A stretch of DNA of 32,000 nt from Candidatus Saccharimonadota bacterium (GTDB lineage: Bacteria > Patescibacteriota > Gracilibacteria > BD1-5 > UBA2023), in contig JAXLZO010000001.1 of NCBI GenBank assembly GCA_046350815.1, positions 540,001-572,000 on the forward strand, in the 5' to 3' direction. The notes beneath the pieces are model-generated. The model worked only from the letters and a program-made list of their open reading frames with translations. It was not told where the DNA came from and ran no database searches. A program made the translations under genes and the position numbers. Below are positions 30,602 to 32,000 of this stretch, piece after piece (position 1 is the stretch's first letter; every line of letters starts with the position of its first letter).

Positions 30602-31960
30602 TTATATCTCTTCTTCATTCATTTCGCGACCCTTCGAAAAATAAGGGAGTATATCACGAATATGCTCGATATTAGTAACTCATTCTATATGTTGAAGGTC
30701 TTTTGTAATGGGGGCAAAGATTTTTTTCATACCAAGTTTTTTGGCTTCTTCGATTCTTTTTCTCAGAAGATGTGGTGCCTTGAGTCGTCAGGTGAGAGAT
30801 ACTTCTCCGAGCCATACAACATCACGAAAGACACTATTCGTCTTTGATGAGAGTATCGCAGCTGCTATAGCGACGTCAATTCCAGGATCAGGAAGTGTAA
30901 GACCTCGAGCGATATTGGCATAGACATCACTGGAATCGAGCGATATTTTTGCATGTTTGATGAGTGTTGCGATGATGAGATCGAGCTTACTCGTATTGAT
31001 TCATCGTGCTGATCGCTTTGGATAACCAAATTTTGTCGAGGTAACGAGGGATTCCACCTCAATAAGAAGAGGTCTGGTTCACTCGATAGTCATAGAGATG
31101 ATGGATCCAGGGTCTTGATGAGAGAGATTGATAAACTCCATGCCAGCATTCACAATATCATGAAGCCCATCTTCCTCCATGCGAAAGAGAGCGATTTCAT
31201 CAGTTGGCCCAAATCGATTTTTCAACGCTCGAAGAATCCGATAATTCTCCCATTTTTCTCCTTCAAGAAAGAGTACGGTATCCACCAGATGCTCCATCAT
31301 CTTCGGTCCCGATATTGACCCATCTTTGGTTACATGTCCAATAAGGAGGACGCTCTTTCCGGTACTTTTTGCGAGCTTCATATACGATTCGCTCGCGAGC
31401 TTGAGACTTGATATGACTCAAAGATCGCTATCACTCGACATGAGTGATATAGAATCGATGATGATGAGTTGACTCTGATTTTGCATGATCAGATCGATGG
31501 ATGTTTCCAGACTTGATGTTTGTGCGAAGAGAATATTTTTATTTGCTATGTTCATTCGTTTCGCACGAGAAGAGAGATGTGTGAAGTTCTCTTCGGCACT
31601 TATATAGAGTGTAGATTGGTCACCCTGAGCAAACCAATCAGCAATTTGGAGTGAGAGAGTGGATTTTCCAATACCAGGTTCGCCCGAGAGAAGTGTGAGA
31701 CTCCCTTGCGTGAGTCCACCTCAGAGCACTCGTGAGAGCTCTTGACTTTCAAGAATAACTCGATGATTTCCTGCTTGATTTTCACTCACTTCTTCGGTAA
31801 TCGGTATGACTGATACAGATTCTCTACTGACATTGGTTGATTTTTTCTTTCCGAGAGTTACCGCATCAATTTTCTCTTCAAGTGAATTCCATTCTCAACA
31901 TGTGAGGCATCGCCCTGTCCATTTTGCGGTTTGTGCGTTGCAATTATTACAAATATACAT
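30602..31960 (-). CDS. radA: DNA repair protein RadA/Sms (452 aa)
   Basis: Zinc finger CNNC...RCLTC[TGA]EW, Walker A GEPGIGKST, LLIGHVTKDGSISGPKMMEHLVDTVLFLEGE, KNRFGPTDE, Lon-like C-terminus LGEVSLT[TGA]RLK. ATG 31958-31960, TAA 30602-30604. Confidence 0.92.
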
Positions 31961-32000
31961 AGAGTTTTTCCTACTCTAAGCAAAAACTGGTTGTATGCAA

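Noticed and set aside
30410-30923. Plus-strand ORFs 30410-30847 and 30708-30923
   Set aside because: They are antisense to the photolyase N-terminus and RadA C-terminus. No motifs were found, and they cross the intergenic spacer.

Overview
Low-GC bacterial fragment that only makes sense if TGA is read as glycine (translation table 25, as in the CPR lineages Gracilibacteria and Absconditabacteria/SR1). Under the standard code most genes break into same-frame pieces, and the breaks occur only at TGA. Several of these TGAs fall on invariant glycines of well-known motifs (P-loops of FolC, an ABC ATPase and AtpD; the RadA zinc finger; the PiT GxNDxQK motif). All re-stitched genes end in TAA or TAG. 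Read this way, the window holds about 35 tightly packed genes, given here in window order: folC (partial), a transglutaminase-like protein, a lipoprotein, an ABC exporter, dus, a GC-rich TGA-free foreign-looking gene with a DHH-like motif, a VirB4-N-terminal-domain-only ORF, a 950-aa lamin-tail-domain surface protein, a beta-CASP RNase, a candidate ~190-nt structured RNA, PiT with its DUF47 partner, a TPR membrane protein, a TIM-barrel isomerase, a creatininase-family gene flanked by related hairpin repeats, a wHTH regulator, rpsF-ssb-rpsR, SRPBCC and VOC proteins, tRNA-Thr(GGT), hemW with a decayed duplicate of its own 5' end, atpD-atpC without the rest of the atp operon, an HD-domain protein, photolyase and radA. 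No CRISPR array, rRNA or intact transposase/integrase was seen. All coordinates come from manual translation. Family assignments rest on recognised motifs, not on database searches.
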